64,000 bases of DNA from an uncultured Acidobacteriota bacterium (GCA_963827655.1 CAWHCF010000008.1:96001-160000), one strand, 5' to 3'. Positions 50,653-62,096 are shown, counted from the stretch's first letter. Notes: generated by a model from the letters alone, not told the origin. Made by a program: numbers and translations.

Positions 50653-50739
50653 CCAACCAAAACCAGTTTCTTCCTCACGCTGAAATCCGCGCAAACCGGT
50701 TTTTTCAATCCGCAATCCGCAATCCGCAATCTGCCAATC
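50593..50739. repeat. Inverted heptamer-repeat element (CGGATTG type)
   Basis: (CGGATTG)x4+ at 50593 and (CAATCCG)x3+ at 50706. Confidence 0.9.
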
Positions 50740-50741
50740 GA

Positions 50742-50919
50742 TTAAGCTGTCCTCCTCAATGGTAGCTTCGTCGACGAGCATGACGGGAATGTCATCGCGA
50801 ATGGGATATACGCGATGGCACTTTACGCACTTGAGCCCGGTTTCATTCGAAGTCAGACGCACCTCTTCTTTGCACACAGGGCACGCCAGAATCTCCAAGA
50901 GGTCTTTACTTATAGTCAT
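50742..50919 (-). CDS. Trm112/YcaR-like small protein (reads in frame into the GT9 gene as assembled)
   Basis: LLEILACPVCK...LKCVKCHRVYPIRDDIPVMLVDEA. Confidence 0.9.
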
Positions 50920-50943
50920 TCAGCCTCCGCAACCAAACTGATG

Positions 50944-51542
50944 TCATGAGCGGCTCCCCAGCGCGAACTTGTTTTCGGTGCCGGTTAGAAGCCGGTGGAT
51001 GTTTTGGTGGTGTTTGGCCACAATCAGGGCCGCTCCGATGATGGCTGCCGCCAGAACCTCATTCGGCTCGCCACGCAAGTAAACGGCCAATGGGAATGAC
51101 GCCGCGGACGCAATCGACGCCAGTGAGACGTATCGAGTGAGCGCGGCGACCGCGATGAAAACCACGACAGTCAGCGCCTACCGCCTGAGGAGAGAGGGCC
51201 AGATAGGCCCCGCAGGCGGTGGCCACGCCCTTTCCCCCTTTGAATGAGAGGAAAACCGTAAACATGTGGCCCAGAATGGCGGCCACCGCCGCCATCGCTT
51301 GCCAGCCGGTATCACGCGTCAGCCAGGCTGCGGCGAGGACCGCGACATAACCCTTGGCCGCGTCCAATATGAGGGTCGCGATTCCGGCCCGCTCGGCTCT
51401 TGCGATAGACATTGGTTGCGCCGATATTACCGCTTCCGACCGAGCGGATATCGGTGCCGTGCGCGTGTTTCACCATGATATATCCGAACGGAATTGAGCC
51501 GAGGAGATACGCGATGATTAAGGCGCCAGAGCCAATGATCAT
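50944..51542 (-). CDS. plsY: Glycerol-3-phosphate acyltransferase PlsY (two apparent frameshifts)
   Basis: [44 protein letters not shown] and KHHQNIHRL across three frames. Confidence 0.93.
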
Positions 51543-52111
51543 AAGGAGGGTCTTGGTGATGCAAGATCCAGCCCGGCCAGCATCTTATAAATGGATCCGT
51601 GCGGAGTCAGGGTGCTCTGATACACACATACTTCGCGGGCTTCGAAGCTGCTCTCGTGATCGGCGCCGATCTTAATACAATCCAAGAGACGGTGTAAATT
51701 CCTTTTCCCCCGCACTCGTCCCAGAGTGAGGTGGGGTTGAAAGGGGCGCTGTTCGGCAGAGAACCCGGCTTGCGCACATGCCTGGTCGACTTCTTTATGC
51801 ACCAGCTTCAATCTTTCGACATCCCCTTCGATCCCGCACCAGATCACACGAGGGTTGCGCAGATCGGGAAATCCGCCGACTCCGTGCAACCGTAGAGAGA
51901 AGCACGATTGTGTCCCGAGGGCGCCGCGGAGCCGCTCGACGAGAAGCGGAATGGTACCCGGGTCTACTTCTCCCAGGAACTTCAGAGTCAGGTGGATATT
52001 CTGAATCAATGTCCAGCGCACATCGGCGCCCGAAGCCCGAAGAGGTTGCTGTAGCTGGTCGAGCAGTTTCTTGCAATGGTCCGGGATAGGTATGGCGATG
52101 AACGTCCTCAT
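51539..52111 (-). CDS. thpR: RNA 2',3'-cyclic phosphodiesterase
   Basis: Two HxT motifs ([16 protein letters not shown]). Confidence 0.93.
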   Translation of the reverse strand: MRTFIAIPIPDHCKKLLDQLQQPLRASGADVRWTLIQNIHLTLKFLGEVDPGTIPLLVERLRGALGTQSCFSLRLHGVGGFPDLRNPRVIWCGIEGDVERLKLVHKEVDQACAQAGFSAEQRPFQPHLTLGRVRGKRNLHRLLDCIKIGADHESSFEAREVCVYQSTLTPHGSIYKMLAGLDLASPRPSL

Positions 52112-53362
52112 GGCTTCTGGCTTGCGGCGGGCGGAAGCAAGAACCCGCGCAGGCAGGTGAGAGAAAAGAAAGCAGCGCGTTCGCGGATTGCGTCGCGATC
52201 TCCCGGTATGATCCGTCGAAAGTGGACGGTACGTTCACTTCCCGAGAGCCCGACATAGACCAGCCCGACCGGTTTCTCGGCCGAGCCGCCGTCAGGTCCG
52301 GCAATGCCCGTCACGGAGAGGCCGACTCCTGCCTTGAACTTCTGCCGCACACCTCTGGCCAAAGCCTCCGCCACGGGCGCGCTTACTGCCCCGTGCGTAC
52401 GGATGAGGTCTTCCGGAACATCGCATAGACTGACTTTCGCGGCATTGCTGTAGCAGGTCAGGCCGCCCAGGAAGTATTCCGAACTTCCGGGTATCCGGGT
52501 GATCGAGCGTGCCAATCATCCCGCCGGTACACGATTCGGCGATTGCCAGGGACGTCGATGAGTCCCGGAGGAGCCGGCCGACGACCAGCTCGAGAGGTTC
52601 GTCGTGGGCGGTGAATACTGCGTCCCCCAGAGCCTCGGCGATTTTTCGGCTGAGTTCCTCCAAATCGCCGGCTTCCTCGCCCGGATTCAGCCATCGATAG
52701 AAACGCAATGCGATGTGCCCGGGAGCGGTCAGAATGGTAGTCTGAACTCTGGAATAAGTTGAATAAATCGGGGCAGCCAGCGAGTCGACCTCAGATTCAG
52801 TAAATCCGGAAACATTGAATGCCCTGTGAACCAGCCGCCGCCCCCCGCCGAGCTGCTGCGCCCTGGGCATGACGAGTTTCTCAAACATCGGTTTGATCTC
52901 GCGCGGAGGTCCTGGAAGGAGCACGAGGTGGACACCTCGCTCCTCAATCCACATTCCCGGCGCGGTTCCCCAGCGATTGGGCAAGACCTCGGCTCCTTCG
53001 ATTACTTCCGCCTGCCTCTCGTTGATCTTGGCCATGCGATAACCGCGACTGGCGAACCTCTGTCGCAGCTCTTCCAGAATCCCGTGGTCGAGGGCCAGCG
53101 TTCGGCCAAGGACCTTTGCCACGGCTGTTCGCGTGAGGTCGTCTTCCGTGGGACCCAGGCCACCGCTCAGAACGATCAGATCGGATCGCTTCAATGCCGA
53201 GTGGAGCACCGCGACGATGTCTCCCTCGTTGTCTCCCACGATGGTCTTGAGGTGGACGTCGAAGCCGGCCTCGTTGAGTCCCTGGGTGAGGAACAGGGAA
53301 TTAGTGTCGAGATGGTGAGGAGTCAACAGTTCGGAGCCAAGCGCAATGATCTCGGCCTTCAT
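52108..53362 (-). CDS. cinA: CinA / NMN deamidase (apparent frameshift near 52512)
   Basis: GSELL..DTNS, GGLGPTEDDLT, GTAPG, LPGPPRE, AESCTGG, HGAVS and TGIAGPDGG..KPVGLV. Confidence 0.94.
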
Positions 53363-53428
53363 TGGATGTGCCAATCCTGTGCGATGGAAGCTCAGGTTCG
53401 GGTTTCTTTGCGGCAGGTTCTAACAAAT

Positions 53429-53468
53429 ACCACGAAGACTCAAAGACACGAAGAAACGCCAAGAAACT
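53429..53468. repeat. Nonamer-type repeat (ACACGAAGA family)
   Basis: ACCACGAAGACTCAAAGACACGAAGAAACGCCAAGAAAC. Confidence 0.7.
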
Positions 53469-53480
53469 TCCCGAGGCAGG

Positions 53481-53949
53481 TTACCCGTGGAGCAGCCAAT
53501 TTACAAGGTGGACGACGGCGCCTGCGTACACTCCCGCCAGCAGATCGTCAGCCATAACGCCCACGCCATTGGGGAGCCGTTCGAGCCTCCGGATGGGATA
53601 GGGTTTCCAGATATCAAAAGCGCGAAACAGTGCCGTCGCGAGCACGAGATTGGTCATACTGACCGGCACCAGGAACAAGGCGACCAGTTGGCCCGCAATT
53701 TCGTCAATGACCACGAACTGCGGGATCCTCGATTTTCTGCTTGCGCGCAACCTCGGCGGAAGCAAGAGTGCCGGCGGTCGCTATGAGGCCGATCGCGCTC
53801 AGGTGCAACTCCGGGACGATTCGGTTTGAAACTTGATGAACCAGGAAGAAGGCGAGCGTAGTCGCCAGCGAAGCATAAGTGCCTGGGGCGCCCGGGATGA
53901 GGCCCAGGTAGCATCCACTGGCAAGGAACAGCGAGAGCCGTTCCTTCAC
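53481..53949 (-). CDS. pgpA: Phosphatidylglycerophosphatase A (apparent frameshift near 53722)
   Basis: APGTYAS, VVIDEIAGQ, LFRAFDIWKP and GVMADDLLAG motifs. Confidence 0.93.
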
Positions 53950-54052
53950 GTTATTATTCGAGGTCTTCCGTGGTCGTACGTTGCGGCACGTGGCTTTCTC
54001 GCCGCAACGATCCGACGGCGTCAGGAGTCGTCGGTTCTGGCTAGGCGCGGCA

Positions 54053-54247
54053 CTAAGAACCCGTGGCGTCTTTAGAGGTGTCCGGCAGACCGTCTTCCTC
54101 TTCCTCCTGCGTTCGGGTGGGAACGCGATAGGCTTCGGAAGCCCACTTTCCCAGGTCAATCAGCTTGCAGCGCTCGCTGCAAAAGGGGCGAAAGGGATTG
54201 TCTTCGAACGACGTCTCTCTGTGACATTGGGGACATTGGACAATCAT
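54053..54247 (-). CDS. yacG: DNA gyrase inhibitor YacG
   Basis: CPQC...PFRPFCSERCKLIDLGKWASEAY. Confidence 0.93.
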   Translation of the reverse strand: MIVQCPQCHRETSFEDNPFRPFCSERCKLIDLGKWASEAYRVPTRTQEEEEDGLPDTSKDATGS

Positions 54248-54312
54248 GGGTCGATCCCAGCGTCTTCGCGTTCTCTTTGTGGTTCGCCGGTGACGGCCGA
54301 TCCGCCACGAAG

Positions 54313-55674
54313 TCACGAAGAAGCGAAAGCTCTTGAGATGATGGTGGCGAGCAGGTCGTGCCCCAGGGCTCGATTAATTCGAACCGTGTAGAACTCGCCC
54401 GCCTGCACCTGAGCGATCTCGGAATCGTTGACCAGGCACAGGCCATCGATTTCCGGAGCCTGGGACTCCAATCTCCCTTCCAGCAGCAATTCGCTCTCGC
54501 GTGATGGGCCTTCAACGAGAAGAGGGTATTCCTGGCCGACCAGACTGCGGTTTTTCCTGGCCGCGATTTCCGACTGCAGCTCCATTAGTTCGCGTCGTCG
54601 CCCCTCGGCCGTTCGAGCCGGAACCTTGCCGGTCAGATCGTATGCGGTTGTGTTTTCCTCATGCGAGTAGGTAAACACCCCCAGGCGGTCGAATTCCATT
54701 TCACGACAGAAGTCATGGAGTTCCTGAAAATCCGCTTCGGTTTCTCCCGGGAAGCCCACGATCATCGTGGTGCGAAAGGTCACGCCCGGTATGCGCTTTC
54801 GGATTCTGCCGACCAGTTTCGCAAGCGTCCGCCGATCGCCGCCGCGCCGCATTGCTTTCAGGATAGGCGCGCTCGCATGCTGCAGGGGCATGTCGATGTA
54901 GTTACATATACTGGGGGACGAGTGAATCACATCCAGAAGACTTTCGCTGATCAGGTTCGGGTACAGATACAGGAAACGAATCCAACGAATGCCCTCTACT
55001 TCGGTCAGGGCTTCCAACAGCCGGGCGAGACCATCGCGCAGTCCCAGATCCAGCCCGTAGCTCGTGGTGTCCTGTGAGACGAGGGTTATTTCCTTGACGC
55101 CTTGCGCGGCCAGGTCTCGCGTCTCCTGAACCACGGACTGAATCGTCCGACTTCGGAACGCGCCCCGGATTTTCGGAATGATGCAGAAGGCGCAGGTGTG
55201 GTCGCAACCTTCGGCGATCTTGATATAGGCTGAATACCGGGGGGTGGTCAATGCGCGCGGGGTTGCGTGATCGTAGAGGTAAAGATCGGCATCGCTGCGG
55301 GCGAAGGACGTGGGCGGCAGGACAGGCTGTCCCTCTACGGCGCTGCAGATCTGGTTGAGCTGGTTTGTCCCGATAAGGGCATCCACCTCGACCAGGTCAC
55401 TCGCTATCTCGCGCGGATATCGCTCCGCCAGACATCCCGCCACGACCAGGCGCTTGCACTGGCCCGTCTCCTTGAGTTCGGCCATCTCCAGGATGGTCTC
55501 AATCGACTCCTTTTTCGAAGCTTCGATGAAACTGCAGGTGTTGACGACGATAACGTCCGCTTCGGATTTATCCGGCGTCAGGGTGTGCCCCGCTTTCTGG
55601 AGCAGTCCGAGCATTACTTCGCTGTCCACCAGGTTCTTCGGGCATCCCAGGCTGACAAACCCAATCTTGGCCAC
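54313..55674 (-). CDS. rimO: Ribosomal protein S12 methylthiotransferase
   Basis: SLGCPKNLVDSE, NTCSFI, KIAEGCDHTCAFCIIP, IVGFPGETE and APEIDG motifs. Confidence 0.96.
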   Translation of the reverse strand: MAKIGFVSLGCPKNLVDSEVMLGLLQKAGHTLTPDKSEADVIVVNTCSFIEASKKESIETILEMAELKETGQCKRLVVAGCLAERYPREIASDLVEVDALIGTNQLNQICSAVEGQPVLPPTSFARSDADLYLYDHATPRALTTPRYSAYIKIAEGCDHTCAFCIIPKIRGAFRSRTIQSVVQETRDLAAQGVKEITLVSQDTTSYGLDLGLRDGLARLLEALTEVEGIRWIRFLYLYPNLISESLLDVIHSSPSICNYIDMPLQHASAPILKAMRRGGDRRTLAKLVGRIRKRIPGVTFRTTMIVGFPGETEADFQELHDFCREMEFDRLGVFTYSHEENTTAYDLTGKVPARTAEGRRRELMELQSEIAARKNRSLVGQEYPLLVEGPSRESELLLEGRLESQAPEIDGLCLVNDSEIAQVQAGEFYTVRINRALGHDLLATIISRAFASS

Positions 55675-55805
55675 TGCCGGCTCCTGAAAACCATCAATAG
55701 TAGTGGTTCAGTCGCTACTAATCAAGATCGCACTAACCGCGAAGCACCAGGAAACCGAGCAAAGCGGCATTCAACGCTGGACTGTGGCTGCTGCGGCAGG
55801 TGTGC

Positions 55806-57980
55806 TTAGCGGTTGGTTTTCTGTCGGTAAAGGCGCCGCTGATCCCTCAATTTCTGGAGGAGATCCTCGGCATAAGACAGATCCTTGGTCTTTTCCGGCG
55901 CGCCAAACCGGATCTGATTATAAACCTCGGTCAGAGCAGTGAACGGAGCGGATGCGGGATGTGACCGGAGCCCCTGCGCCAGCTCCAGCGGCGTCTGGCT
56001 GGGACTGCGAGTTATCCCCTCCGAACGAAGCAGATCCAACGCCTCGACATATAGGCTCGTGATCGCAGAGGCTGCGTGCGCGCGTAAGACCGTCTTGCGG
56101 AGCCATCGGCGGATGCAATTCCGGCACTGAGCGCCATAGCGAATCGACAGTAACAGGAGAATTGCTCCCAGCAACACGAGCGCAGCCAGGCCGGTTCCGT
56201 TGGAAGAAAGCCACATCCGAATGTGCCATGGGCTGATCCGGGAGCGCCCGAGGTTACGAAGAGCATGCGCGTACTCCCAGACGGTCTGGCGAGCGTCCCG
56301 CAGCATCTGACCCTGGCTCCTGGAGGTGTAGTTGACGATCTCTTCCATCCACCAGAGATCCGCCGCATCGAGGAGATTGGAAACAACTCTCAGGAAAGGC
56401 TTCTGGCGGCGTTCTGGGTCCGGGGGTGTCGGATCGAACTCGATCCAGCCGTAAGGAGGGAAGTAGGCTTCGACCCAACTGTGCGCATCATATTGCCGCA
56501 CGATCCATGCGTCTCCGAACCTGTTGTACTCTCCGGTCCGAAAACCGTTGACCAATCGGGCCGGAACATCCAGCTGACGGAGCATAATGGTCATGGCAGA
56601 CGCAAAATACTCGCAGTGCCCCTTCCGGACATCAAAGAGGAACATCGCAAGCGGGTCCGCGCTGTGCGGGGTTCCCTTCAGTTCAAGACTGTACCCGTAG
56701 TTAGTCTTCAGAAAGCGCTCGAGTGCTCGGGCCTTGCCGAACGAAGAAGGGATCGACTTTGTTGTGTTGTGCGCCAGCTCGGCGATTCGTGGATCGAGAG
56801 CGGGAAGCTGAAGAAAGGTCTCTCGCATCGCGTCGGAGATTGGCGGCAGCGCTGCTGGAATCAGAGATGGATCCGGAAGAGTAATATCCGAGAAGGCGGT
56901 ATAGCGGATTTTGTGGGATCGATGGGGAGCGGTAAAAAAATTGTCGAAGAGATCCCGTCGCAGCGAAACGAGTTCGTTCGAAAATGCCAGAACCCTGCGG
57001 CAAGCGAAGACGACATCGGTTGAGAGAGCCTCCAGAAAATAAGTCTGCGTGAGAAGCTGCGTGCTCTGAGCGGATTGTTCAAGCTTGAAGAACTCTCCTT
57101 GGGGCGTCAGCGTTCTGCGGGCCGAAGCGCTCCGTCTCCAGGATTGGCCACTATAGTAGTCCAGCGCGATGCCGCGCCACTTGAGGTCGGAGGGCAAATT
57201 TGACCGGGATTCGTGGAGCCTGACACGCATGACAACCGAATCGGATTCTTTGATCGTGCCAATCTCGCCCAGAGTCACTTCTTCCGTGAAGCCGCTTACC
57301 ATCTGGGTGTTTCGGGCAGGCCTGGCGTAGAGTCCTATCGCCATCCTCGGCATCAAGAAGAAAATAGGAACTGCCAGCAGGAGGATCGTTGCGGTCATTG
57401 CCAGACCAATGAGGGACACGGAAGCAGCCGGAAAGGGGGAAAAGAGCTCCAGACCGGTTCCCCGCGCCTCTCTACGAACAACCAGCGGAAACACTCCGCC
57501 TTGACTCTGGGCTCGAGCGTTGCTGCGTCTCATCTCGAACAGCACCAGTGTGGTAGTACCCGCCAGGAAGAACATCAGCAGCGACAACGCGAACGTGAGG
57601 TCGATCGTCAGAGTGGACGCCGCCAACAGCTGGGCGAAACTGACCAGATAAAGATAAACGTAATCACGGTCAGTGGACCGCGTCATGAGTTTCAGCGCGG
57701 CAGCATAAAAAATCAGCCGTATCGTGCTCACGGCGAAGGATTCCGAAAGAGCCAGGTAGTCGATCAGGTAAATCGGCAAGTAGGCCAGAGCCAGGGAATT
57801 CATTAAGCTCGAGGACATACGATGGCGCAGTTTTCCGGTATCGATCAACCAGCTCACCGGGAGCGCGATGCTGAAGATGACGAGCGAGAAAGCATCGACC
57901 GCGCCGGTTGCCGCGATTGCAATGAATCCCGAGGTAATCAGGCAATACGACGACAGTTTGAAATAGCGGTCGAAGCTCAT
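55806..57980 (-). CDS. TgpA-like membrane transglutaminase-domain protein (DUF3488 + TG + DUF4129)
   Basis: N-terminal TM bundle, catalytic GHCEYFASA, AHSWVEAY and WIEFDPTP. Confidence 0.92.
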   Translation of the reverse strand: MSFDRYFKLSSYCLITSGFIAIAATGAVDAFSLVIFSIALPVSWLIDTGKLRHRMSSSLMNSLALAYLPIYLIDYLALSESFAVSTIRLIFYAAALKLMTRSTDRDYVYLYLVSFAQLLAASTLTIDLTFALSLLMFFLAGTTTLVLFEMRRSNARAQSQGGVFPLVVRREARGTGLELFSPFPAASVSLIGLAMTATILLLAVPIFFLMPRMAIGLYARPARNTQMVSGFTEEVTLGEIGTIKESDSVVMRVRLHESRSNLPSDLKWRGIALDYYSGQSWRRSASARRTLTPQGEFFKLEQSAQSTQLLTQTYFLEALSTDVVFACRRVLAFSNELVSLRRDLFDNFFTAPHRSHKIRYTAFSDITLPDPSLIPAALPPISDAMRETFLQLPALDPRIAELAHNTTKSIPSSFGKARALERFLKTNYGYSLELKGTPHSADPLAMFLFDVRKGHCEYFASAMTIMLRQLDVPARLVNGFRTGEYNRFGDAWIVRQYDAHSWVEAYFPPYGWIEFDPTPPDPERRQKPFLRVVSNLLDAADLWWMEEIVNYTSRSQGQMLRDARQTVWEYAHALRNLGRSRISPWHIRMWLSSNGTGLAALVLLGAILLLLSIRYGAQCRNCIRRWLRKTVLRAHAASAITSLYVEALDLLRSEGITRSPSQTPLELAQGLRSHPASAPFTALTEVYNQIRFGAPEKTKDLSYAEDLLQKLRDQRRLYRQKTNR

Positions 57981-59401
57981 AGTTCGTCGAAATAGACCAC
58001 GTGAGACGAGCGCCAGATTTCCGAAGAAAAGCTGCCGCGGGGCCGGGAGGTAATGATTATTTTGAAAATTTTCTCCGATAGAATCTGCTGAAGCGGCTGC
58101 GCCTCGACGACTCCTGAAAACTGAGCCTGCAGGTCGAGTGGCATTTTGCCATCCGACAGCCGGCAACTGACCACGGCAAGTGAACGGAGAATCCGGTAGA
58201 GGTGCGCTGTGCCCAGGTCGCGCGGGACGTATTCGTTGGGTGTCAGGAACTCCAGCTCGGCCCCTTCCTCGACAAAATGGGCCGCCAGACTGGCTGCCAG
58301 TGAAACCGCTTTTTCAAATTGGTCGAGGTAATTCGGTCCGGCCGGCGGAGCGATGAAGGTATCGAGGATCAGGCAAAACCTGGTCTCGTCTTCCCGGGCA
58401 TACTGGCGTGCCATTAGGTCGCCGGTTTTTGCGGTTGCCTTCCAGTCGACCAGTCGCACGCTTTCGCCCGGCTGGTATTTGCGAATGGCGTACAGGCTTT
58501 CACCCTGGCCGACATGCAGGCCCTCTAACTGGCCCGGTAAGAAGGGGAGAAGATGGAAATAGGAGGGAATTTCGCGAATCGAGGGATAAACCAGGAGCTC
58601 GCCCTGCGCTCTCACCCGTTCCCCGCGGCGAAAGAATCCGAAGGGAAAGCGCGTGGAAATTTGAAATCCTTCAAGCCGGTAGAGCCCTCGTTTCGGAAAG
58701 GTCTGGGCAACCAGCTCAGAACGAGCCTCACGGGCGGGAACCAGCGGGAAGTAGGCCGGCTGTCTCAGGACCGAGCGGTCCGGCACGGAGCGGTCGGCGC
58801 GGTTATGGTTCTTCCTGAACGACAGCCTCTTGATACCATCGAAGAGGGAAGGGAATCTCTCGTGGTTGCTATCCTGGACGGCGATCGAAAAAGCGGGAAA
58901 GAACCTCTTTGGATTTCGTAAAGAGACTTTCACGCAAACGCGCTCCCCCTCGAAAACGTTCTCTGGAATCTGCATCGAGACCGAGACGGAGCGAAGGGAG
59001 AGACGAGCCACGAGTCCGGATGTGATGATCGCCCCCAAGAGGGCCGACACGATCAAGAACAGCAGGTTATTTCCCGTGTTAATCGCGACCACGGACAGGA
59101 GAAAAATTCCGAGGATATACACGCCGCCCTCGCGAGTGATGCTGAAAGAGAGCGGCATCAACCGCCGGCTGACATGGAGCCTGCGAGCGAGCCGTGGGAC
59201 CAGGGTTAGTGCGATGATGACCGAAATACAGACGGCCGAGATGGTAAAGAAAACCGCCAGCGTGGCTTCGCCTTTGCGTGACGCGCTCTTGGACAGCAGG
59301 ACGAGCAACGACGCCAGGCTGAACAGAGCCAGCGCGGCGAGAAATTCCCGGGCGGCCTCTCTTTTCCAGAGTGAAAACAGGAAGTCAGAGTGGTACTTCA
59401 A
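57977..59401 (-). CDS. DUF58 protein
   Basis: AINTGNNLLFL, TRFPFGFF and IRKYQPGESVRLVDWKATAK motifs. Confidence 0.9.
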   Translation of the reverse strand: MKYHSDFLFSLWKREAAREFLAALALFSLASLLVLLSKSASRKGEATLAVFFTISAVCISVIIALTLVPRLARRLHVSRRLMPLSFSITREGGVYILGIFLLSVVAINTGNNLLFLIVSALLGAIITSGLVARLSLRSVSVSMQIPENVFEGERVCVKVSLRNPKRFFPAFSIAVQDSNHERFPSLFDGIKRLSFRKNHNRADRSVPDRSVLRQPAYFPLVPAREARSELVAQTFPKRGLYRLEGFQISTRFPFGFFRRGERVRAQGELLVYPSIREIPSYFHLLPFLPGQLEGLHVGQGESLYAIRKYQPGESVRLVDWKATAKTGDLMARQYAREDETRFCLILDTFIAPPAGPNYLDQFEKAVSLAASLAAHFVEEGAELEFLTPNEYVPRDLGTAHLYRILRSLAVVSCRLSDGKMPLDLQAQFSGVVEAQPLQQILSEKIFKIIITSRPRGSFSSEIWRSSHVVYFDEL

Positions 59402-60338
59402 CGCCGCGGAGGATTTCTGAAAGGATGGTTTCGGCCTCTTCACTTCGATGGTGCGGAGACGAGTATTTCGAGCTGACAACCACCCGGTGAGCCAGTACCG
59501 GCAGCACCAGGCGCTTGATGTCATCAGGAATACAGTAACTTCGCCCCTCGTAATAGGCCAACGCCTGGGCGGCGCGATGCAACGCCAGCGACCCCCGCGG
59601 ACTTACGCCAATCACGAGAAATTCCGTTTTTCGCGTGGCCTCAACGATGGCCATGATGTAATCGAGTAGTGACTCGTCAACTCGTATCCCGCTCACCGCG
59701 CCCTGGGCTTCCAGGATGTCCTGCGACCCGAGCACCGGTTCCATATGGTCGATGCTCGGCCGATCCGTCCGGCGGCGCAAGATCTCTTTTTCTGCCTCGG
59801 CCTCAGGGTACCCCATTCGGATGCGCAACAAGAAACGGTCGAGCTGTGATTCCGGAAGCGGATAGGTTCCATGGTGCTCAATAGGATTCTGCGTCGCTAC
59901 TACCATAAATGGACGTGGCAGCAGGTAGGTCTGATTATCAACACTCACCTTGCCTTCGTTCATCGCTTCGAGCAGTGCGCTCTGGGTCTTGGGCGTGGTG
60001 CGGTTGATTTCATCTGCCAGCACCAGATTGGCAAAAATGGGACCGCGGCGGAATTCAAAGGCCTGCTCCGTCTGATTGAATATCGAAACGCCGAGTATGT
60101 CGGAAGGAAGAAGATCGCTCGTGAACTGAATTCTTCGGAACGAGCAGTCGAACGTGCGTGCCAGCGCATGCGCCAGAGTCGTCTTGCCCACTCCGGGAAC
60201 GTCTTGAATCAGGAGATGGCCCTCGGCCAGGAGGGAAATGATGGCGAGCTTTATGGCGTCGGGTTTTCCCCGAACCACAGTTTCGATAGCCTGCTCAAGT
60301 CTCTTTATCTTAAGTTCGAGCTCAACGGCTCTCGGCAT
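59385..60338 (-). CDS. MoxR-family AAA+ ATPase
   Basis: DVPGVGKTT, RIQFTSDLLPSDI, DEINR, ATQNPIE, PLPESQLDRF and GVSPRG motifs. Confidence 0.95.
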   Translation of the reverse strand: MPRAVELELKIKRLEQAIETVVRGKPDAIKLAIISLLAEGHLLIQDVPGVGKTTLAHALARTFDCSFRRIQFTSDLLPSDILGVSIFNQTEQAFEFRRGPIFANLVLADEINRTTPKTQSALLEAMNEGKVSVDNQTYLLPRPFMVVATQNPIEHHGTYPLPESQLDRFLLRIRMGYPEAEAEKEILRRRTDRPSIDHMEPVLGSQDILEAQGAVSGIRVDESLLDYIMAIVEATRKTEFLVIGVSPRGSLALHRAAQALAYYEGRSYCIPDDIKRLVLPVLAHRVVVSSKYSSPHHRSEEAETILSEILRGVEVPL

Positions 60339-60376
60339 CAACGTTGGTGACTCTCCCGCAAGGCGCAAAAATTCTA

Positions 60377-60433
60377 CCACCCCCAAGACGCTAAGACACG
60401 AAGAAACGCGGAGGTGTTCGTGACTTTGTGGTT
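60377..60433. repeat. Nonamer-type palindromic repeat (ACACGAAGA family)
   Basis: CCAAGACGCTAAGACACGAAGAAA ... TTCGTGACTTTGTGGTT. Confidence 0.7.
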
Positions 60434-61471
60434 CTAGAACAGATGCCGCTGATTTCCCTGGCGCGTAACCTTGAAGTGATCGAAGGCGAGGCTCGTGGCC
60501 ACTCTCCCCCTTGGGGTTCGGTCGAGAAATCCGATCTGTATGAGGTAGGGCTCGTAAATATCCTCGATGGCGTCGACATCTTCATTAATGGCGGCCGAAA
60601 GAACTCCGATCCCGACCGGGCCCCCGTTGTACTTCTCCAGGATGGTCAGCATCAACTTTCGATCCATCTCATCAAAACCGTAGATGTCCACATCCATGAC
60701 CGACAGGGCATCGACGGCGACGGCTCGGGTGATGCGGCCGTCGGCCTTCACTTCGGCGTAGTCGCGAACGCGGCGCAGGAGGCGGTTTGCAATTCTGGGC
60801 GTTCCTCGGCTGCGCGACGCGATCTCGAAGGCGCCCTCGTCGTCTATCGCGACATCCAGAATAGCAGCGGATTGTTTTACGATCACGGTCAGCTCTTCAT
60901 GGCTGTAGAAATTCAAGCGGTGTATGATTCCGAAGCGGCCCCGCAACGGGGCCGTAAGCAGCCCTGCCCGGGTAGTAGCTCCGACCAGCGTGAAGCGCGG
61001 CAGGGGCATCTTGATGCTGCGCGCGCCCGGGCCTTCTCCAATAATAATATCGATGTAAAAGTCCTCCATGGCGGGATAGAGGATCTCCTCGATCGCCGGG
61101 TGGAGGCGATGAATCTCGTCAATGAACAAAACGTCGTTCGCCTTGAGATTGGTGAGAATGGCTGCGAGGTCGCCTCGCTTCTCTATGATGGGCCCGCTCG
61201 TCGCCCGTATATGAACTTTGAGCTCGTTTGCGATGATGGTAGCCAGCGTGGTTTTCCCCAGGCCGGGCGGACCGTACAACAGCACGTGATCGAGAGCTTC
61301 TCCCCGTTTCAGCGCGGCCTGGATACTGATCCAGATGTTTTCCTTGACCTTGGGCTGGCCAATATACTGGTGCAGCGTCTGAGGTCTTAGAGTCAGCTCG
61401 AACGACTGCTCTTCGGTGCGAGAGACCGGACTCAGTAGCGTGTTACGGTCGGCTTCGATGTGGTCCGGCAT
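60434..61471 (-). CDS. ruvB: Holliday junction helicase RuvB
   Basis: [46 protein letters not shown] and RTPRGR. Confidence 0.98.
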   Translation of the reverse strand: MPDHIEADRNTLLSPVSRTEEQSFELTLRPQTLHQYIGQPKVKENIWISIQAALKRGEALDHVLLYGPPGLGKTTLATIIANELKVHIRATSGPIIEKRGDLAAILTNLKANDVLFIDEIHRLHPAIEEILYPAMEDFYIDIIIGEGPGARSIKMPLPRFTLVGATTRAGLLTAPLRGRFGIIHRLNFYSHEELTVIVKQSAAILDVAIDDEGAFEIASRSRGTPRIANRLLRRVRDYAEVKADGRITRAVAVDALSVMDVDIYGFDEMDRKLMLTILEKYNGGPVGIGVLSAAINEDVDAIEDIYEPYLIQIGFLDRTPRGRVATSLAFDHFKVTRQGNQRHLF

Positions 61472-61490
61472 ACTTGATTGGTTGAAAACT

Positions 61491-62096
61491 TCAGCCGGCG
61501 AGCCGGCGTAGCGTGTGCTTCAAAAGGTTTTCGAAGGTGCGGTCGCATTCACCCGCGGAGATTACGTTTAAAAGCGCGCGTTCGGCTCCGACTTTCGGGT
61601 AGCCGAGGTTCACCAGCGCGGAGACGATGTCGTCCTGAAGCCCATCGGTCTTATTCGCTTGAGCGGACTTCGCTGCGTGCTCGGGCAGCAGGAAGGGCGT
61701 GATGTGACCCTTCAGTTCGAGCACGACCCGTTCGGCGGTCTTGCGGCCGACTCCTGGAATCAGAGTAAGCCTCGGAACATTTTCGTCCGCAACCGCCTGC
61801 GCCAGCTCCTCCACCTTTCCTCCGGAAAGGATCGTAATAGCCAGCTTGGGACCGATTCCGCTGATTGATATGAGCCGAAGGAAGAGATCTTTTTCGCGTT
61901 GGGTGGTAAAACCGTACAGAATCAATGCATCTTCGCGAACGTGGGTGTGAATTTTCAAAACGACCTCGCTCCCCTCGCTCGGGAGCTCATAGAAACTTGT
62001 CAGCGGGATGTGAACTTCGTAACCCACACCGCGAACGTCGACTACAATCAGGTTGGGTTTCTTGGAAAGAAGCAGGCCTCGCAGATACCCGATCAT
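61491..62096 (-). CDS. ruvA: Holliday junction DNA-binding protein RuvA
   Basis: [30 protein letters not shown] and ALVNLGY motifs. Confidence 0.98.
   Translation of the reverse strand: MIGYLRGLLLSKKPNLIVVDVRGVGYEVHIPLTSFYELPSEGSEVVLKIHTHVREDALILYGFTTQREKDLFLRLISISGIGPKLAITILSGGKVEELAQAVADENVPRLTLIPGVGRKTAERVVLELKGHITPFLLPEHAAKSAQANKTDGLQDDIVSALVNLGYPKVGAERALLNVISAGECDRTFENLLKHTLRRLAG

Noticed and set aside
10911-53949. Frameshifts in the TonB receptor, pilB, hydantoinase B, plsY, cinA and pgpA as pseudogenes or programmed frameshifts
   Set aside because: They are isolated 1-bp shifts, often at short G/C runs, in otherwise intact and normally important genes. Long-read indel error is the simpler explanation.
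55806-60338. MoxR-DUF58-transglutaminase triad as a new system
   Set aside because: This is a well-known, widespread gene arrangement.
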